A stretch of DNA of 64,000 nucleotides from Epiperipatus broadwayi. Its lineage: Eukaryota; Animalia; Onychophora. The position numbers were made by a program, and so were the translations under genes. Position 1 is the stretch's first letter. The number at the start of each line of letters is the position of its first letter. Under the pieces are notes generated by a model. That model was not told the DNA's origin and made no database searches. It worked only from the letters and a program-made list of their open reading frames with translations. The DNA lies in the NCBI GenBank assembly GCA_028023455.1, contig JAQFVV010000007.1, positions 15,996,001 to 16,060,000 on the forward strand, in the 5' to 3' direction. Of this stretch, positions 26,561 to 41,759 are shown one piece after another.

Positions 26561-29170
26561 TTGGTTTATACTAAGGGAAAAAATGCATAGTGGATTTGGT
26601 CTTTAAATGAAGATTGAACCAAGGTAATGAATTCATTTTTTGAGATTCACATTAACTTTTATGGAGAGTGGGAGAAATTAAAGGGAATAAAAAGATGGAG
26701 ATTTTATGATTTTTTTTATTTAGGTCTTTATTACAAGTTCAAAGAATATGAGATAGAACAGAGGAATTTACTTTTAAAATAAATTTTATTAAAATAGATG
26801 AGACTGGGAAAATAATTGGCAACAAGAAGTACAAAATAGTTTGTTGAATTTATAAGTTTTAACGAGAGGGAATGTTTAATGTGATTAACAGGGTTTCTTG
26901 GCATATACCCTACACCTAGAAATAATTTTGTTTAAGCAAGCACAAAGCACTGGTTTTGCACTATTCTTCACTCAGTAATAATCTGTTAGTCTTTTGCTGT
27001 TATTTAAATCTAATGATATAAACAAGACTCCTGACTTTTATAGCTCCATAAATCTAATAATAGATCAGCTATAGTATCTTTCAGTGACTTTAAATTAAGA
27101 TATATATATATATAAATGTTGACATTTTTTTGGCAAAAAAAGTGATAAAAATAATTATTCATGGCCTCCTCCATTACTTGTGTAATTCAAGCTCTAAAAT
27201 AACAACTTGATAATGAGTTATATTTCTTAAACCTAAGTGAGATTTGTTTTATGTCAGATTGGAGTCGCCCAATCACTTTTAAGTTCTCTAGCCCTTCATT
27301 TTACCATTGCGTCAATATGCAGTAGACATGCTAAATTCTTACCCATATCACACAGATACTTTATTCACACTGATACATATTGTGGTGAACCCATACAGTC
27401 TAAATGGGCTCATTAAGTTTGTAACCTAGTCTTACCATAAAGATTTGGATTCAGAACACAAGGAAACAAATTGTTATTGCTTTATTATGAACCAATAATA
27501 ATAGGTGGATAATTACAATAAAATTACTCATCAGTCCATAACTACAAAGTATAAGGCTAATCTTTCCAAGAAATTTGCTCTACTCTGTTCACAGAAAATA
27601 ACAGTCCTATATCATAAAAGAGATGATGTTCAAAGTTAATACATTGCATCACACAATCAAGGACCACTACCACTATACATGATAATAACTTGAAAATAAA
27701 TATACAAGGAGTAAAGAGACATCTATTCATACTTGGTAAAGATATATCTACAGAATACAGAAACGTGTGTGTTATAGAGGCATTCCCTCAGTCTATTTTT
27801 TTACACATCACTAACAAAATGGAGAGATTTATCATGTTAATATTATTAAGTTCAACAAAAGCTAAAAATATACTAATTGGCTTATGTTGATACTTTTTAA
27901 TTTTTAGTGACTTGAAGCTAAATGGTATTTCATTTAAACTAACTTAAAATTAAAAGGTGTGTAGCATGACAATTTGGAGAACAATTCTTTTGTGAAAAGT
28001 AGTGGAAATGTTCACATATCCATAAAAATATCTTGCAAAACAATTGCATACATAAAAATCTTAATGAATTTTCAGTAACTGCAAAAGATTTGTCAATGGA
28101 AGCAAGTTAATGATATTTAATTATTACATCCTTTTTTATGGTAACGGGGGAGGGAATCATAAATCTTGTAATTGTTCTTAGAAATATGTTAAATATTGAA
28201 ATATACACACAAAAAAACTCATTTCTAATATAAATTGATAGTTGTACACCACAGCTCCTGGATATTGCTGTATTGAAGCTAGATACCATATTAATTCTTG
28301 AGGTTTAATAATTTCATGTAGGAACGCCAAATTACATGTAATGATAAACATGAAGTCTCATGCTTAATAATATATAAATATTTTTAAATTTTCAAATAAC
28401 AAAATATGAATAAAATTGTAGTCTGAAAATAACTATATGCCTTAACTAGCTTCGTTATAAACTTAACTTCAAATGATTTTCTAAATTTATGTAGATATGT
28501 ATTCAATGACTATAAATTTAAATAAGTCAGTACTATATACTTCATCAATTTATGCCAATATTTATCTTTGTAGGATATTAAATGAAGACTAAATCCTTAG
28601 CATGTAATTCATCTCCATATTAAATCACATCAAAACTTTAAAAAAATATTAGAAAAACATTAACGTTGTTATTATATAGTAACTGATGAATATAATTAAA
28701 TTAGAATGTTTTACATGGCTTTGTTCAAAATGGCAAACTTTGGGGACCAAAGTCCATGGATTGTGATTCCAGCTTAATGTCCTCTGCTTGGACTTTATGT
28801 AAACTCTTGAGTACTAAACTATTTAAAGGCTGTTTTTTTAAAATCAAATTACAATAAAATAAAAAAATCAAATGACTTTATAGCTTAAAAGTTAATAAAT
28901 TTGAGGATTGCAAGACTCCGTACTAGAATCGATGTGAGGTCCTTACATTCCCCGAGTCTGCTTTATCACTGCCGAAACTATGCAGGGAATGAATTACAAT
29001 AACAATTTTTATATGTCAAAGATTTAACTACATCTGATATCATTTCTTATCTTTATATAAACTATTTTAAAGTAAATAGGGGAAATTAAACTTAAGATTT
29101 TCAGTCTATATTTATCTTCAACTCGATCTCAGACAACCCATACACATGTGAAAAAGATAAATGATCACCA

Positions 29171-30322
29171 GCATTCATCAGTTGGTTGTAAAAATCATCG
29201 AAACTAAAATAAATGCCTTTTCCCCATTTAAATTGTATGAAACAACCAGAGCAAAGGTTTTTAATGCTATTGCTGTTGGTGTGCTCTCTTACTATGGACC
29301 ATGGATGAAAATCTTTAATGCCACTAGTCTTAAGATCATTCAATTGGCAAAAAGATATATTTGGGGTAAGAAGTATAGCCTGATACCTACTAAAATAATG
29401 CAGCTACCGATTGGAGAAGGGGGTCTCAATTTAATTGACCCTAAGTCATTGGTGAGCTTCATTAAGGCAAGAGCTTATTTAAGGATCATTGACGATAATT
29501 CACTCAGGCCGCTAACACAGAATATTAATATAGATTCTAACCTGGGGTCGGACGGAGTATCTTATTTTGATGATATGATGATTGCATACAGGGATATCCA
29601 GGATGATCTAAACTTAGAGACCTTAGATAATTTAAAATATAAAGAGCTAAGAAATAGAGAGCTTTCTAATGAAAACTCCTGGCTCAATGCCTCATTAAAA
29701 AAAATTCTAAAAAATTTCCAATCACAGTCTGTTATGAAATTTATTTTCAGATTGATAAATGGAATTTTGCCAACCACCACTTTTTTAAACCAAAGACTGA
29801 AAATGGGCCTGGATGATCTATGCAAATGCTGTAACAGATCCGACGAGACCTTTCTTCACCTGATGGAGGAATGTACAGCCTTTAGTGATTTGAGATCTAT
29901 GGTCTTTCATAAGCCTATTGTGAATCTAAGACTCTTATTTAAAGAGAACATTGTTTTATTCAAGCCTCATAATGCCATAGTTATTGTGCATGTAATGAGA
30001 GCAATATGGATATCTAGGTGTGCTCTGATCTTTGATAACAAGAAGATATATTGGAAAAAAAAAATGGAAAAAGAATGGGATGACATGTTTTATAAAGGTT
30101 TGAAATTTTGGCCAAGAAAAATGTTTTTATTGGTATGGGGTGGTTATGTTCCTACAAGGTGTGAAATGTGGAGCTGAATGCTCTTACAGAACACTGATTA
30201 AATGAAAGGTGGAGATAATGTAATTTACTGGATACATTTGAACTTAATTTATTTTTTAAAGTAATGATTGTTACGATGTATGTACTGAATCAAATGTAAA
30301 TATAGTTTTTTTAAATAAAAAA
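29171..30322 (+). mobile_element. 5'-truncated L1/Tx1-clade LINE: uninterrupted ORF2 C-terminus, 3' UTR and A tail
   Basis: ORF to 30177 with LPIGEGGLNLID, zf-RVT CKCC...ETFLHLMEEC and AIWISRCALIFD; ends ttaaataaaaaa. The ATG at 29161 comes from the host repeat. Confidence 0.9.
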
Positions 30323-31901
30323 GAATAGAGGATGAATATAGACTAAAAATCCTAAGTTTAAATCCCTCTATTTACTATAGTAAACATTCAGTATATTGAA
30401 TGAATAGGTTAATTATAAACTACTGTATTCTAATTACCAACAGTAAACTTTTGAATTAAACTTATAATGAGAATTTTTTTTTTTTACTTCTAAAAATTAC
30501 AAAATAATGATTAGAAAAAAAAGATAATTGTATAGTAAAACATTTTTCATCCTCTTCCTAATATTAATGCAAGAGACATTTAGTAAAATAGAAAATACGT
30601 TATGCATTTATTACTTTGTTAATAATTAACAATCAGTAAAAACCTGGAGAGAAATTAACTTTTTATTTATATATCCTCCCCTTACATACATGCACATATA
30701 ACAGACATTTATGTAAGGACTTGCCATAACTATCATCAACAGTTTGTACTCACTATTTTAATTAACAATGATTTGTTAAAATAATATCCATCATTTTTTA
30801 ATGGCAGCCATCTTGTAAGATTTGATGATGTCATAGAATAATGATGCAATGAAGAGAACATCATTGGAAGCTACTATGGCAACATTAAAGCCAAAAAATA
30901 TTTAGTAGAGCACAAAACTTATTCATTATATATAATATTTTTGTTTTGATTATATAGTTAAAATGTGATTATTGTACTGTAATTTTAATTTACGAAGATC
31001 TAAAATAAATAAGATTTTGTGAAAAAATACAGTTTGATCATATACATTAACAAATTGCATTAGTAAAAAATTGTAAATTTGTACATTAGCTAAATTTCAA
31101 TACATGAAAGCAATAAACACTTAAACAATATCACTAACAATCAATAAACTTAATCTGTTGTCAAGGCAACATCCTTTATACAATAAAGATGGATTCCCAT
31201 CTTTATCTATGGTAGATGTAATATGTTTATGTAGACACTAAATATTGCAATTTGACTAAAGAGAGTGTGATTGTTAATTCAAAGAAGTTTATATAAATAT
31301 TAAACAGGCAAATATAGCCTGTTCTGAAAACTGACTAATAAATAATCAAATATAACTTTCAAATTGTATTTAAACAATGTATAATTTACGTGATAAAACT
31401 AATAATGCTCAATTCTAGATTATATTCACTCAATCAACTTTAACCTTCAATTATTTTACTGCTAATTTTACCCAAGGCAAAAATGCTGTCATAAATTTTA
31501 ATTAGTTTTACTAAAAAAAAAATTCATGCAATTATTAATAAAGTTTATGTGGTCAAATTCTGAATATCCTTATAATATTTTTGTTCCTGTTATATCCAAG
31601 AATATAGCAGCTTTCATTATGATCTTTAAAAAATACTGTACAAATTTCATTCAATACAAACTTTGGTCTTATACACTCACAATGTATTAATAATAAATTT
31701 TAAACATATTTTGATAAAAATAGGATTTAATTTCAAACTAGTGCTTTAGTGTCTAGAAATTTTCATTGCCTCTGACAAAAAATGCTTTATTCTGAAACAG
31801 TATTGCAAAAGCAAAAATGAATTTAAAATATTTACATTATTAAAACTGTAATGAGTGCACTTATATGAACCAAAGAGCAGCTTGTTATTTCTATAAATTA
31901 A

Positions 31902-32021
31902 TACAGTTTAGTGATTTCTAAGCATTCTCATATTCATAGCAAGATTAACTAAAATCATGATTATAGTTAATTTTGCTATGAATATGAGAATGCCATAAGT
32001 TCTCAAAAGCACTAAGCTGTA
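31902..32021. repeat. Near-perfect palindrome with partial tandem copy
   Basis: gcattctcatattcatagcaagattaacta / tagttaattttgctatgaatatgagaatgc (1 mismatch) around aatcatgatt; 31977-32019 is repeated at 32044-32086. Confidence 0.8.
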
Positions 32022-32286
32022 CATAATTATTAGATCATCTTTCTATGAATATCAGAACACTATAAGTTCTTGAAAGCATTAAGCTGATTTAATTTATAGA
32101 AATAACAAGCTTCTCTATAGTAGCATATAAGCACATTTACTTCATTCTGTATAGAAGAAGTATAAACAGTTAACATCATTATTAAAACTTCATAATGATT
32201 TTTTCTAATTTTTATTGAATTATAACTACATTTATATAAAATTGCAAAATGTTTCTTTAAAAAAAACTTCAAAATTTTATTAGGTA

Positions 32287-32556
32287 GATACTGACATCAC
32301 TGAAAGAATTAAAGAGACTGAAATGGAGTTGGGCTGGACATATTATTGTAACAAAGGATAATAAGTAGACACTTGGAATCTTAAACTAGATTCCAAAAGA
32401 TTGTAAAACACCTATAAAAAGATTACATGTGAAATGGATGGATGAAATAAGGAAGAGTATTGGGGTAATGTGGAGGAGTGAAGTTAGAGAAGATGGATTG
32501 AACTTGGAGAGACCTTCATCCTGCAGTGGATTGATAATGGTTTCAAATGATGATAA
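32287..32556 (+). mobile_element. RTE-clade LINE 3' end
   Basis: DITERIKRLKWSWAGHI...KWMDEIRK...ELGETFILQWID, ending in a tgatgat tail. Confidence 0.8.
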
Positions 32557-34186
32557 TATAAATTTATACTCTAAAATGCATAATGATTGATCACAACACA
32601 CACATATATATTGTAAAACATAATATTTTTTAAAACAACATTTTTTATGATGAGTCATATTAAAAACAAATAATTAAATGGGTTATTGCTTGAAAATTCA
32701 TAAGAAATTTGAGCGGCTGAATTTACAACTGCGTCATGATTCACAAATTTTGATCTTCCCAGCATGCAATGCACCAAACCACGCACACATAAGTTATACC
32801 TTAAATATGTAACAAGCAATTATTTAAAATCTTATATTTATATAATAATGTATGTACCTACAAAAATAATATTTTCACATTTGTTCTAAAACAAAGTATT
32901 CAACATAAATAGTATAGAAGGAATAGTATTTTGTCTTTCTTTTTTAAATTCGAACTGTTGGAATAACAAGGTGAGAAAAGAAAATGAAAGTCAATCCAAC
33001 ATTCAGCATGAAATACGTCTATTGGTGATTATTGATCTTTTCGACATGTGTATGATCAAGTGTGTCGGCAGTATGAGATAGCATGGATAGTTGAGGGTCG
33101 AATGCAAGCCTGAGTTCAAACCCCATATATATTACATATTGGAGTGCAGGTATGAAAAAGCCTGTACTGTAAAAAAAAAATTGTATATTAGATGATTTAA
33201 ATAAAAAATTATAAAGCATAGCAGTTTGCACTAATTGTTGAGATGTAAATGCTATATTCACATTATTCACCCTCTAATGTGCCTCTTTTTCATAGTCTCT
33301 TTGCTTTCTGTGTATATACCTTTTATATTTTTTTACACGAGGTTACCTGTAAGATGGAAATTAATGTCATAAAATTTTAAAGATGGCTTAACGGTGTATG
33401 TCATTCCTTAAGGCTTAAGATGTGATTGATATAATTTATTACCCTGCATTGTTTGAAGTTGCAATAAAGTGGCAGACTGGAGGCCATGGTGCATGCCTAA
33501 TTTGTGTAGATTCAAGTGCTTGAACTTATGAACTCACAGGCAATAAATTATTTGATTACTACTTAATAATTTACTGAAACCATATTTCACATAATCAAGA
33601 GTTTTATTATTTCAGAATCTATAAGAAATCCAAGCATTGAAAGTGACTAAGAGTTTGAGTTGTGATCCATAAACTTTGACCTTTAGGGTTTTCCACTGCA
33701 CTAAGATAATCAGGAATTTAACATAGCAAAAATTTTCCTTGAGACTTTTTTAATTCTGGTATTTTATCTTCTTGATGTAAAGTTTCTTGAGCTCATTAAA
33801 GATGCAGAGGCATCTTCAATATTGAAAGTACTTCTATTTATTATGAAGATCGTTGGAGTTGGAAAAGTAAAACTTTTTTTTTTCATTTTCCTAGGAGATT
33901 TAAGGTTTATATTTCAGGTTGTCTAACCCTAAAAGACAGGGAAGTCATATAATATTAGTTTGTAAATGAATGTTCCACCATGCTTAGTTAAATGATGTAA
34001 CAGTTATTAAAAATTCTGATTATATGGCAGTTGACAAACTTGTTAATTAATGCACTTTTCTTTATAATTTTTTTTTTTTTTGGGGGGGGGGCGATTGTTT
34101 GTGAAGCCTTTATGTTATAAATGTTTTTTTCAATCACATGATGCTTAATTAATTGTCATATTGCGTGCATATATAGGCTGTTAAAA

Positions 34187-37100
34187 CAAGAGTTCCCAAA
34201 GTGGTCAATATTGACCCCTGGGGTCGATTTGAACTTTCTAAGGGTCGATAGTTTCAATAAAAAAATCTGGGATCAACAACAGCAAAAATAGACTTCCTTA
34301 CTACTACTATTTTTTTGTTACTTCAAAATTTCTATGATTCAAATAGGTACTTATTTAAGAATTAAAATAATTCAAAAAACACTTTTTTGATAAAAACCCA
34401 TTACCTACCAAACTTAAGAATGAAAAGATAAAATGTGTCATTAAAATAGGCACACATAAGAATGCATGAAAATACATATAGCAGAAACATGTCTGTGCAT
34501 TGTCTTATTGAATGTATCAAAGCAAGTGTGGACATGAAAATCATTGCTTGTCCAGGCTTGTTCATGGTGGGATGAGATGAAATCCGATATTAGCAACATC
34601 TATCAGTCTTGTACAGTCATACTTTCATAAAACATTATAAAATGGTTTGTTTGATGTGACATACTTATTTGTGATTTGAACTTTGAATACAATTATTTAT
34701 TGAGGAGCAATACTACAAAAAAAAAGTCAGAGGACAGTTTATTTGAGTTTGAATAAAAATGTTCTGTTTCAAATAAGTGCATACTTTATTGTTTTTTTAT
34801 CACAGGGACTGTCAAAATTGTTTGTTGATAAAAGTTTTCATTTTTTACACTAATAATATTGAAGCAGTTGGATCTAAGTTCGATCCTAGCTTCATGATTT
34901 CTCACCTGCAGCCCACTTCAAACCCTAGTACTAACTGTGAATTTCCAATGCAATGGGGCATTATACGTTCAATACACGCTAGTTTCATTAAAAAAACAGT
35001 ATTATATAAATGTGTGTCAAAACCAACTATTTTAATATTTAAACTAATCAATATCATTAATAAGTTCATGATAAAATTATTCATGAATTTATATATATTA
35101 TAACTGCATGGATTGTGTGTATTTATAAATAATTAAATATATATATTCGTTATAAAGTTTCATTGCGTCGGAATGTTTTATTTTTACTTATACCAGTTTG
35201 TTCTTAATTTCTCTGATTAAAAGCTACATTCTTTTGATAAGCTTTCAGATCGTCTTTTTCCAAAGACAATGGGGAAAGTTTTATTAATTAGCAAAAGATA
35301 ATAATTTAAAATGTAAGGACGGTTCCTAATTAAAATCGTTTTTCAGATTTACAAATTCATTTTCTAATTAGAAAATGAATTCAAAGTTAATGAGTTTGAA
35401 AGCCTTACCGAAGGAATGTATCTAAAATCAATTAACAAAATTTGTAACTTTGATAATATAAGAAGCTTTAGCCTGAAGGCATCTAGATTCAGAATAGGCG
35501 GGAAACCAGAGAACAGGTATAAATAGCCCGGAAAAGTTTGGAGAGGAAGAAGCCATATTTGTTTTGAAAGAAGTGTTACTAGAAGCTACATGCGTCTTCA
35601 ATTATGAATCTTTATAGTGTCTCCATCATGGTGAAGGGCTAACTTCGGGAATCTGACTGCTGGGCCCGAAGTCCTCAGATCTTCAATGTAGCTGCTAAAC
35701 TAAATCTTTCCACACCAATTGTGCTGCCAAAACCTGAAAGAATCAATTCAAATGCCATTCACAAAAGTTGAAAATGTGTGCCTATGTTTCCACCCCAATC
35801 GGACTCTGCCGTGTAATCTAAGGAACCAACCATGAAGGAATGGTAATATCTTTCTTGAAATAACCGCAACTTTCTGGCCAGTTTCCAAACTTTATTTTAC
35901 ACCACCTTTTAAATTAACTACTGTAAAAGCTCCTCTCTTTATAATGCCTTTATTTGTATAATTAATTCTCTATCTCTAGTCTTTAAATTTAATATCTGTT
36001 AACTTTCCTTTCTTACGATGGCTGTTCGTTTCATTAGCTGTATTATATACATTTTTTGAATAATTATTAATGTCATTTATTTTTATTATATGCCAATAAA
36101 GCTTCAACTCGATAATAATCCCTTTCATTAAACTTGCCTTGTGAAATATAATATTACGTTTTATAGTAATTCTTTTCCACTAAAATTAATTTAATACAGT
36201 TCTATTAATTATCAAGTTGAAGGATTTATTAAATGTTGCTATTTTTACTAATGGCTGATATTGACTATTAGCCATTTCTAATCTGTGCCCCTAGCTATTT
36301 TCTTGAGTTTCACCAGTATTTATTCATTCATATTAATAAAGTTAAAATGTTTTGCAAAAGGTTGATAAAGGAATTTAATGTTAATATATTCTAAGTTAAA
36401 TTGTATGCTTTATATTAGTATTCAGGGAGGGCATGATATTTAGGGTATAATTAGCATGATTTTAATAATTGCGTTTAAGTACTTCTAGTTAAAGCACGTT
36501 TGACTTTAATTCAACAATCAGGTCATTATGTAGAGCATTCCTTATATAAATTGGGTTTTATTATTTAAACACGATGATTATTTAGTCATCATTTTCTGAA
36601 CATTGCTGATGTGAGCCATATCCTGCCTCATAGGCTTGTCCTCGGTGATATTATTGTTAGTTTAATTACATAGGAAGAAAGCACTTCCTCACTTGCTCGT
36701 TTTTATTGGAACACCAAAGGTTCATGGCTATGACCTAGTCTGGCTTTTCCTGTGTTCCACAGATCCTTCATGGGGCATAAAAGACTTGTCAAATACAAGC
36801 CGTCTTTCTATTTTCTCAAATCACCGACAAGCCTTTATTTTTGTATTTATTCTTAATGCTCGTAAAATCGTCGGCACCATTATTTCTCAGTTCAAATAAA
36901 GCCCTGATCTCATGCTCATAAACCATAATGACTTGATTTTATTAAAGTCAAACAATTCCATACTTATTATAATTAAATAAATTCTTTGTTAAATATTAAA
37001 GTTATGCCCTAAATATTTATCATGTGCTTCATGAGTTGATTTACAAATATGAAAATGAATTTCACATTCTTTTAAAATTAGAATAATAATTTCTGTCAAA

Positions 37101-39796
37101 GCCAAATACCTTTGTCTACCTTTATTTACTTGTCAGGGCATAGACACCTATAATCCTATAATATTGCGTAATAGTTATTGGCATATAATAACGACTGCCA
37201 TTCTTATTGTAAATTATAAATTCCATTTTAAAGATTAGAGGTAATCTATATAATCTTAATCATAAAAGTTGAACAAAATATTTATTATTATTAAACATTT
37301 TATTAACACATTTGGTTTTTAACTTTCTTTATTATTCAATAATTATTTTAATACTAATGCTCATTGTCTGTATTGGCAACCCGAACATACATATATGAAT
37401 TGACTTATAAATATCCTGTTATTTTATTATACGTTATTAGAGTCAGATCAGGGGTCTCAGAGATCATCATCATCCATTGAGCTAGTTTCTTGGTGCATAG
37501 TCATGTACGATCAACATATGTCATCCATTGATTTGATCTGAGCTCATGAGTTGGGTTTGAATTCAGTTTGGTCTGGAGTAAAATTTTGGGTTTGAATCCG
37601 ACTTTGAGTTTAGATTGTTGGGTGGATGTTTTGACCGGTACAATATGAATGAACTAAAAAAGAAATGCAGGCAAAACAGCTTGGACTATTTGAAGCCAGG
37701 ATTTGTCCTGTCATTATCAAACAAACATTTATCAATGTACCTCATATATGAAAAAGATTTTAGCAATGACACTATGAAGCTATCTAAACTAGCAAATCTC
37801 TTGAACAGAATTCCCCCTGACCAAAAAAAGAAAGATTTATTATACTTTCAATCACTTAAAAATAAAATTCTGAAGAGACTTATGATAGATAATATATTTG
37901 TTTCAACATCAAAAGAAAATGATGATGGATTAAGAGGATTGTACATATCTCTTCATTGCAAAGGCTGGTGAATTGCAAACCATATGGAAGAAACTGATTC
38001 TACTGGCTGTCACAGCGGTATTGAACACATTGCTCCACAAACCTGCACAAGATGTTATAAAAAGGATTCCTTTGAGCAATAACACAGTTCAAGGATGTAT
38101 CGATGAAATGAGTCATGATGTGGAAAACTGTTTGTGTAATCATTTGCAAAGAAAAAAATTCCCCTTCAATTGGATGAGTCAACATAACCCAGTAATGAAG
38201 CTTTGTTGCTGGCATACTTTCACTTTATTCCAAGATCAGGAAATGCATTAAGAGCTGCTTTTTGCTAAACTTTAGAAACTCATACCAGAAGTGAATCAAT
38301 TTTTAATTCAACAGAGTATTTTTCAGGGAAAGAGCTATTCCGTTGATAAATATAATATCTATTGTGGCAAATGGAGTACCATCTATGATTGATTATTGTC
38401 ATGGTTACATAAGTTACCTGAAACAACACATATCTGGGCAACATTTAGTAGCCAGGAATCTTAGTGATAAATTGCATCAATCACTTCTGTTTGTTATAGC
38501 AGCAGTGAACAAAATTTAAAGTAGTGCATTGAATACTAGACTGTTTGTTTCTCTATACCAATGTCCACTGGCTTTCAAAAAGTTTGTTTGGTGACAATTT
38601 TTGCACTTTTTCAATCTGTTTTAAAGTTTTTGGAAGATAAAGATTCCAGTTTGAAAGAAAGTTTACTTAAGGGTAAAACAGATATTGCTTATTTAACTGA
38701 TTTATTTGGCAAATTTAATGATGTTAATTTACAACTGCAAGGAGACAATTTGAATCTCATCAAAGCAAAATCAGTCATATTGACTTTTGTTGCCACATTA
38801 ATGGTTTTTAAACAAAATATTGCAAGATCTGAGCTTTCCCAATTCCCCAACTTATTTAAGATAGGCACAATCCAAAAAGAAAACATCTTACTGTATGGCA
38901 ACCACTTGGAGGCTCTTCACTTAGATTTCAAAAGTATGTTTGAAGATATTCTGTTATTGAAAATACTGGACTGGATAATAAACCCATATACTACTAGTGC
39001 AGAACCAAATATAATTTTGCAAGATGAGCTGATAACCATCAGCACAAATGAGGATCTCAAGGTACAATTCACACAGGCTTATCAAAAGTTTTGATTGCAA
39101 CAAGATATTTCACTTCTGTACTCAGCTCTATGGACTGTTCTACAAAAGTACTTGCTGGTATTTCCATCATCATATCTGGTAGAGAGAGGCTTCAGTGTAG
39201 TTTTAAATCTGCTTCAGAACAGACATCAATTGCATATCACTGAACATGGAGATTTGAGAATGCAACTCACTAATTTAAAACCAGTCCTAGATCAATTGTT
39301 GACAGATTACACCACCATGGCACCCATGTCATTAAAACTCAGCTTTTGAAGCTAATTTATTTTTATTTTTTTATAATTCTGATTAAAATCTTTCACTGTT
39401 GTAATTTTGTTGATGTTTAATTCTCTCTGAATATGTTGATTTTTTTACTTCATTTTTATGTTTAATAAAGTGATTTCAATATTTGTACTTATTTTGACTT
39501 TACATATTTATTTCATAAATGTCAAAAATGAAAAAAAACTCTGCTCGTATTTTTTTATTTTAATTTTCGTTAGTGCAAGTTTCAATATTAAATGTTGCAC
39601 AAGATAATACCATATTCCATAGGCCTTTTATCTTTTTCAATCATTAATTACAAGTTATTAGAATGAAAGTTTGATATCTAGCAAAATATTTAATAGTGAG
39701 TACTATACAAATTTATTAATTTGAGTAAGTAAAGTAAATGATTAGGGGGTTGATGATTTTAAAAGTCTGTGGCCAAAAAAAGTTTGGGAACTCTTG
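34187..39796 (+). mobile_element. hAT Buster (SCAND3/ZBED5-like) transposon, pseudogenised, with ~2.5 kb of unexplained internal sequence
   Basis: TIRs caagagttcccaaa / tttgggaactcttg; perfect TSD TGTTAAAA (34179-86, 39797-804). Fragments at 37627-39349: KKKCRQNSLDYLKPGF, KENDDGLR, IKRIPLSNNTVQGCIDEM, KTDIAYLTDLFGKFNDVNLQLQG, FPSSYLVERGFSVV. Confidence 0.92.
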
Positions 39797-41759
39797 TGTT
39801 AAAATATTAATATAAAACTGATAAAACAAAAATTTGAATGTCAAATTATTTTAAATTTGGGACATTTTGATTTTAAGCTGAAGTTTTATCAATTTCTCAA
39901 ATTATGTCATTATCATGTTATGAAATGTTTGATTTTTCAATATAAAAAAGAGCTCAAAGACTTATTCGGAACCCTTAGATGTCTTTAAAAGATTTGAAAA
40001 ATCTCTAAACCATTACAATATAAAGCTGCAATTTGGTTTATGGAAGAACAGTTTTAAAAAGTCCAAAGAATTTGGAAGTTTCAATAAAAAACATAGAAAG
40101 TGAGAGTAATTTCTAAAATAGAACTTGTTAAATGAATAAAGGGATTCACAAACATGGGATAACAGAAGTAAGAAAAGATGCTTTACAAATAAATTAAACA
40201 AAATCTAGGAATATATTTTATTTTTGAGAAAAAATGATAAATTCTATGATCATTAACCAAATAAAAGAGATTAACATTTTTTTATAAATAGTAATATATT
40301 TATAGATAATGTAGCAATAAAGAATTTCTTCATAGGCATATAATTTCACATGCACTAGTTCCTGAAATAGAATAATCAATTCTAATTAGGAAAGCTGGTA
40401 TACGTGTAGATGATTAGTTATAGAGTTGATAAAGAAAGCTGTATTTAGCAACAAGACTTCAGTAAAAAAAAATATAAGCAAACAAAAATTTAAATAAAAA
40501 AAAAACATTAAAATTCACAAATTTTATATTTGTCAGCTATTTTGTTAATAAAATTTTTGGGTTTAAGTTGAAAGCACATACACTTATTCTCCCTTTATTA
40601 TCATTTCCAAATTTGATATGCAGTTTTTTTACATAATAAAATATTTTCTGAGCATAATGCTAAAGTTTTACAAAATTTTAGAATATACTAAAAGTTGATA
40701 ATGATTTAAAAACTTTAATATATATTACTTTTTTTGTAAATCTCTTTGCACACACTTTAATGCCACTTTTACATAATTCCTCCTTTATTTTTTTAACAGT
40801 TTCAACTCTTCTGCAGTCTTCCTCAGAGCTTTTTATAACATTCATTTTTACATTTATAATTTAAAAACTTTAAATTTGAGATCCAAATTTCTTGATAAGA
40901 AGTCTATTATATTCTATAAGTGTAAAAAGAAAGTTTGACATTTCACTATTTTATTTTAAAAATAAAGATATTGTAGTTAGTTTTTCTTATTGCTTTAGTA
41001 AATATATGAGTGAACACACACACAGTAAAATATGTCAATGTGTTCCCTCAATTTATTTTTAAAATTATTATTATTAAAATTTTGTTTATACTTAATCTTG
41101 ATTTATATATGCATATTATACTTATAAAAAATGGCTGATATATATATTCATATATGTGCGTGTGTTGAAAGGTATCATACATTTGCAATTTAATAAACAA
41201 TAATTCTATTCTAATTGAAATGGAAGCTATTTGACACTATATACTTTTGAACATGAGGGGGCTTGAACAAAATATAGCTTAGTTCACAGCTCTACTGTGC
41301 TATTACTTTAGTTTAGAAATTGTTTAAAGAAAAAACAACGTTCATGTCAAATGGCATAAGGTATATATATTTATACAGAATAAAGAGGAAAATTATCCAA
41401 AAAAATTAAGAAATTGTGGTTATTTACCCTTTTTATCAAAGTTTATATAGAAGATTAAGGATGTCAAAATTTGGTTAATCAAAAAAGCAGATAGAATTTT
41501 AAAGTCTATTTTGTATTACAAATCTTCTATAAAAAGTAATCAAAATAATTAGATTTAAATATAAATAATTCAATAATAAGAAAGTAGGACTAAAGATAAA
41601 TATTAAAAAGATTATTGTTCAATTGATCATGATGAATTAGATGTTAATAACTACAAATACTTTTGACCAAATTGTTAATACAAATGGAAACATAATATGA
41701 GACCGGGACACTTAGTAGAAGAACAATACAGGAACTTCAGTTCCCTCAATAAATTATGG

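Noticed and set aside
29161-29170. ATG start of the 338-aa ORF as a real gene start
   Set aside because: Belongs to the host repeat (aaatgatc.cca); the ORF is a truncated LINE ORF2.
35640-35680. Minus-strand CTGAGGA plus 7-bp hairpin as a hammerhead
   Set aside because: The stem is followed by TTAG rather than GAAA; no stem I or III.
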